This document shows positions 61,959-64,000 of a DNA stretch of 64,000 nucleotides, piece after piece. Numbering within the stretch: the first letter of the stretch is position 1; each line of letters begins with the position of its first letter. The notes beneath the pieces were generated by a model that was not told the DNA's origin, did no database searches, and was given only the letters and a program-made list of their open reading frames with translations. The stretch comes from Synechococcus sp. (GTDB lineage: Bacteria > Cyanobacteriota > Cyanobacteriia > PCC-6307 > Cyanobiaceae). Where the stretch lies: positions 1,056,001 through 1,120,000 of the forward strand of contig JBJBCN010000002.1 in the NCBI GenBank assembly GCA_047285805.1. Reading direction: 5' to 3'. The position numbers and the translations under genes are program-made.

Positions 61959-63043
61959 CGCAAGCCCGCAAGCGCAGGGTCTTTCCCTTCACCGCCATCG
62001 TGGGTCAGGAGGAGATGAAGCTGGCCCTGCTGTTGAACGTGATCGATCCGCGCATTGGCGGCGTGATGATCATGGGCGACCGCGGCACCGGTAAGAGCAC
62101 CACGATCCGCGCCCTGGCTGATCTGCTGCCCGAGATCGATGTGGTCGCCGGGGACCCCTACAACAGCTCCGCCCAGGACCCCGATCTGCAGAGCAGTGAG
62201 GTGCGTCAGCGGGATGAGCAGGGAGAGCAACTCCTCACTGAGAAGCGCCAGGTGCCGATGGTGGACCTGCCCCTGGGGGCCACCGAAGACCGCCTCTGCG
62301 GAACCATCGATATCGAGAAGGCTCTAAGCGAGGGTGTCCGGGCCTTTGAGCCCGGCCTGCTTGCCAAGGCCAACCGTGGCCTGCTCTATGTCGATGAGGT
62401 AAACCTCCTCGACGACCACCTGGTGGACGTGCTGCTCGACTCCGCCGCCTCCGGCTGGAACACCGTGGAACGGGAAGGTGTCAGCGTCCGCCACCCGGCC
62501 CGCTTCGTGCTGATTGGTTCGGGCAACCCGGAAGAAGGCGAACTGCGTCCCCAGCTGCTCGACCGTTTCGGCATGAGCGTCGAGGTGCGAACCGTCCGCG
62601 ACCCCGAACTGCGGGTCCAGGTGGTGGACCAGCGCACCGCCTTTGACAACGACCCCGACGGCTTCAACAACGCCGTTCAAGGCACCCAAGACGGCCTGCA
62701 GGCCCGGGTGGTTGAAGCCCAGAGCCGTCTGCCCCAAGTCCAGATCGACGATGACCTGCGGGTGCGCATCTCCGCAATCTGCGGCGAGCTGGATGTAGAT
62801 GGCCTGCGGGGAGACATCGTGACCAACCGGGCCGCGCGGGCCTTGGCCGCCTTCGAAGGCCGCACCGAGGTGACCGAAGACGATGTGGCCCGCGTTGCTG
62901 CCTGCTGCCTGCGTCACCGCCTGCGCAAGGATCCCCTCGAGCAGATCGACTCCGGTGATCGGGTCGTCAAGGTCTTCTGCAAAGTGTTCGAGCGCCCAGA
63001 AAGCACCGACAAGGGCGCCTTCGAACTGGCCCTCGCAGCCTAA
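61955..63043 (+). CDS. chlI: Magnesium chelatase subunit I
   Basis: [51 protein letters not shown]. Confidence 0.97.
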   Translation: MTQARKRRVFPFTAIVGQEEMKLALLLNVIDPRIGGVMIMGDRGTGKSTTIRALADLLPEIDVVAGDPYNSSAQDPDLQSSEVRQRDEQGEQLLTEKRQVPMVDLPLGATEDRLCGTIDIEKALSEGVRAFEPGLLAKANRGLLYVDEVNLLDDHLVDVLLDSAASGWNTVEREGVSVRHPARFVLIGSGNPEEGELRPQLLDRFGMSVEVRTVRDPELRVQVVDQRTAFDNDPDGFNNAVQGTQDGLQARVVEAQSRLPQVQIDDDLRVRISAICGELDVDGLRGDIVTNRAARALAAFEGRTEVTEDDVARVAACCLRHRLRKDPLEQIDSGDRVVKVFCKVFERPESTDKGAFELALAA

Positions 63044-63048
63044 GGCCC

Positions 63049-63522
63049 TTGCGGATCCTCGGCATCGATCCCGGTCTGGCTCGCGTGGGCTACGGCGTGA
63101 TTGATGTCGAGGAGGGCCCCGGCGGGGCCCAAACCATGCTCGATTGCGGAATCATTCGAACAGACCCCGGGCGCAGCGATGGCGATCGGATGGTCGAAAT
63201 CGCGAAGGACCTGCGGGTGTTGATCCGCACCTGGAGGCCGCAGTTGGCAGCCGTCGAGAAGTTCTTCTTCTACCGCTCCAGCACCACCATCTCCGTGGTC
63301 CAAGCGCGGGGGGTCCTGATGATGACCCTGGCCCGCTTCGGTGTCCCCGTGGTGGAGTTCCCACCGATGCAAATCAAGTTGGCCCTTGCTGGCCATGGCC
63401 ATGCCGATAAGGACGACGTGCTCGACGCGGTGATGCGCGAACTCAACCTCGACACCCCACCACGACCCGACGACGCCGCCGATGCTCTGGCGGTTGCCCT
63501 CACCGGCTGGTTCCAGCGCTGA
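63049..63522 (+). CDS. ruvC: Holliday junction resolvase
   Basis: [28 protein letters not shown]. Confidence 0.95.
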   Translation: MRILGIDPGLARVGYGVIDVEEGPGGAQTMLDCGIIRTDPGRSDGDRMVEIAKDLRVLIRTWRPQLAAVEKFFFYRSSTTISVVQARGVLMMTLARFGVPVVEFPPMQIKLALAGHGHADKDDVLDAVMRELNLDTPPRPDDAADALAVALTGWFQR

Positions 63523-64000
63523 TGGATGCCCCCAAGAAAGAGCTGCGCCGAGCGTTAAAGCAGCGGCGACTGGCGCTCCACCCCAGCTACGCCCCAAGCC
63601 TGCAACGGCAGGCCATCCAACAGCTCCCCCGCCTCCTGCCTGAGGGCAAGGCCCTGGGGCTCTACTGGCCGCTGCCCGGGGAAGTCGATCTGCGGAGCCT
63701 CGCCGACCTCACCGCCCTGGCAGACCGGATTGCCTTGCCCTGCATCACAGGGGGGGAGTTGCGCTATCGCCGCTGGAGCCCCAGCGATCCCACCGCCAAG
63801 GACGAGACCGGCATTCCCGCCCCCACGAGCGCTGAGAGCAACCTCAAAGCGGAGCAGATCGGCCTTCTCTTGGCACCAGCCCTGGCTTTCGATCAAGCGG
63901 GGATCCGCCTGGGCTATGGCGGCGGCTGGTTCGACCGCCTCCGGCAGCAGAGCCCCTGGAACCAGGTGCCCGCCCTAGCTGTCGTCGCGCGGGGCTGCCT
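63522..64000 (+). CDS. 5-formyltetrahydrofolate cyclo-ligase, 3' end outside window
   Basis: Not in the ORF track; ATG at 63522 overlaps the ruvC stop and translates [22 protein letters not shown]...APALAFD..G.RLGYGGGWFDR. Confidence 0.88.
   Translation, partial: MDAPKKELRRALKQRRLALHPSYAPSLQRQAIQQLPRLLPEGKALGLYWPLPGEVDLRSLADLTALADRIALPCITGGELRYRRWSPSDPTAKDETGIPAPTSAESNLKAEQIGLLLAPALAFDQAGIRLGYGGGWFDRLRQQSPWNQVPALAVVARGC

Overview
GC-rich, gene-dense core-chromosome segment of a picocyanobacterium (Synechococcus/Cyanobium cluster 5 type, inferred from petH with a CpcD domain, sasA, opcA, petG, cytM, chlI, crtL and Yfr1). It holds about 70 CDS, mostly housekeeping, photosynthesis and carbon-metabolism genes (cdsA, cbiT, a group 2 sigma factor, malQ, bciB-type divinyl reductase, prs, pepN, sasA, petH-zwf-opcA-cobB, crtE, folD, leuA, GH57, crtL, gyrA, guaB, trxA, hisH, petG, cytM, chlI, ruvC). 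RNA genes are tRNA-Glu(UUC) and the sRNA Yfr1 between guaB and trxA. I saw no integrase, transposase, prophage gene or CRISPR array, and I cannot claim a clearly new biological system. The best leads are a cluster of small uncharacterised genes at 38-41.4 kb (short SepF-like paralog, acidic proteins, AbrB-like regulator, Nif11-like protein), an orphan ArsS-type radical SAM gene, a divergent DUF39-like protein, a disrupted glycine-zipper gene after pepN, and two inverted repeats in divergent promoter regions. All family assignments come from motif recognition by eye, not database searches.
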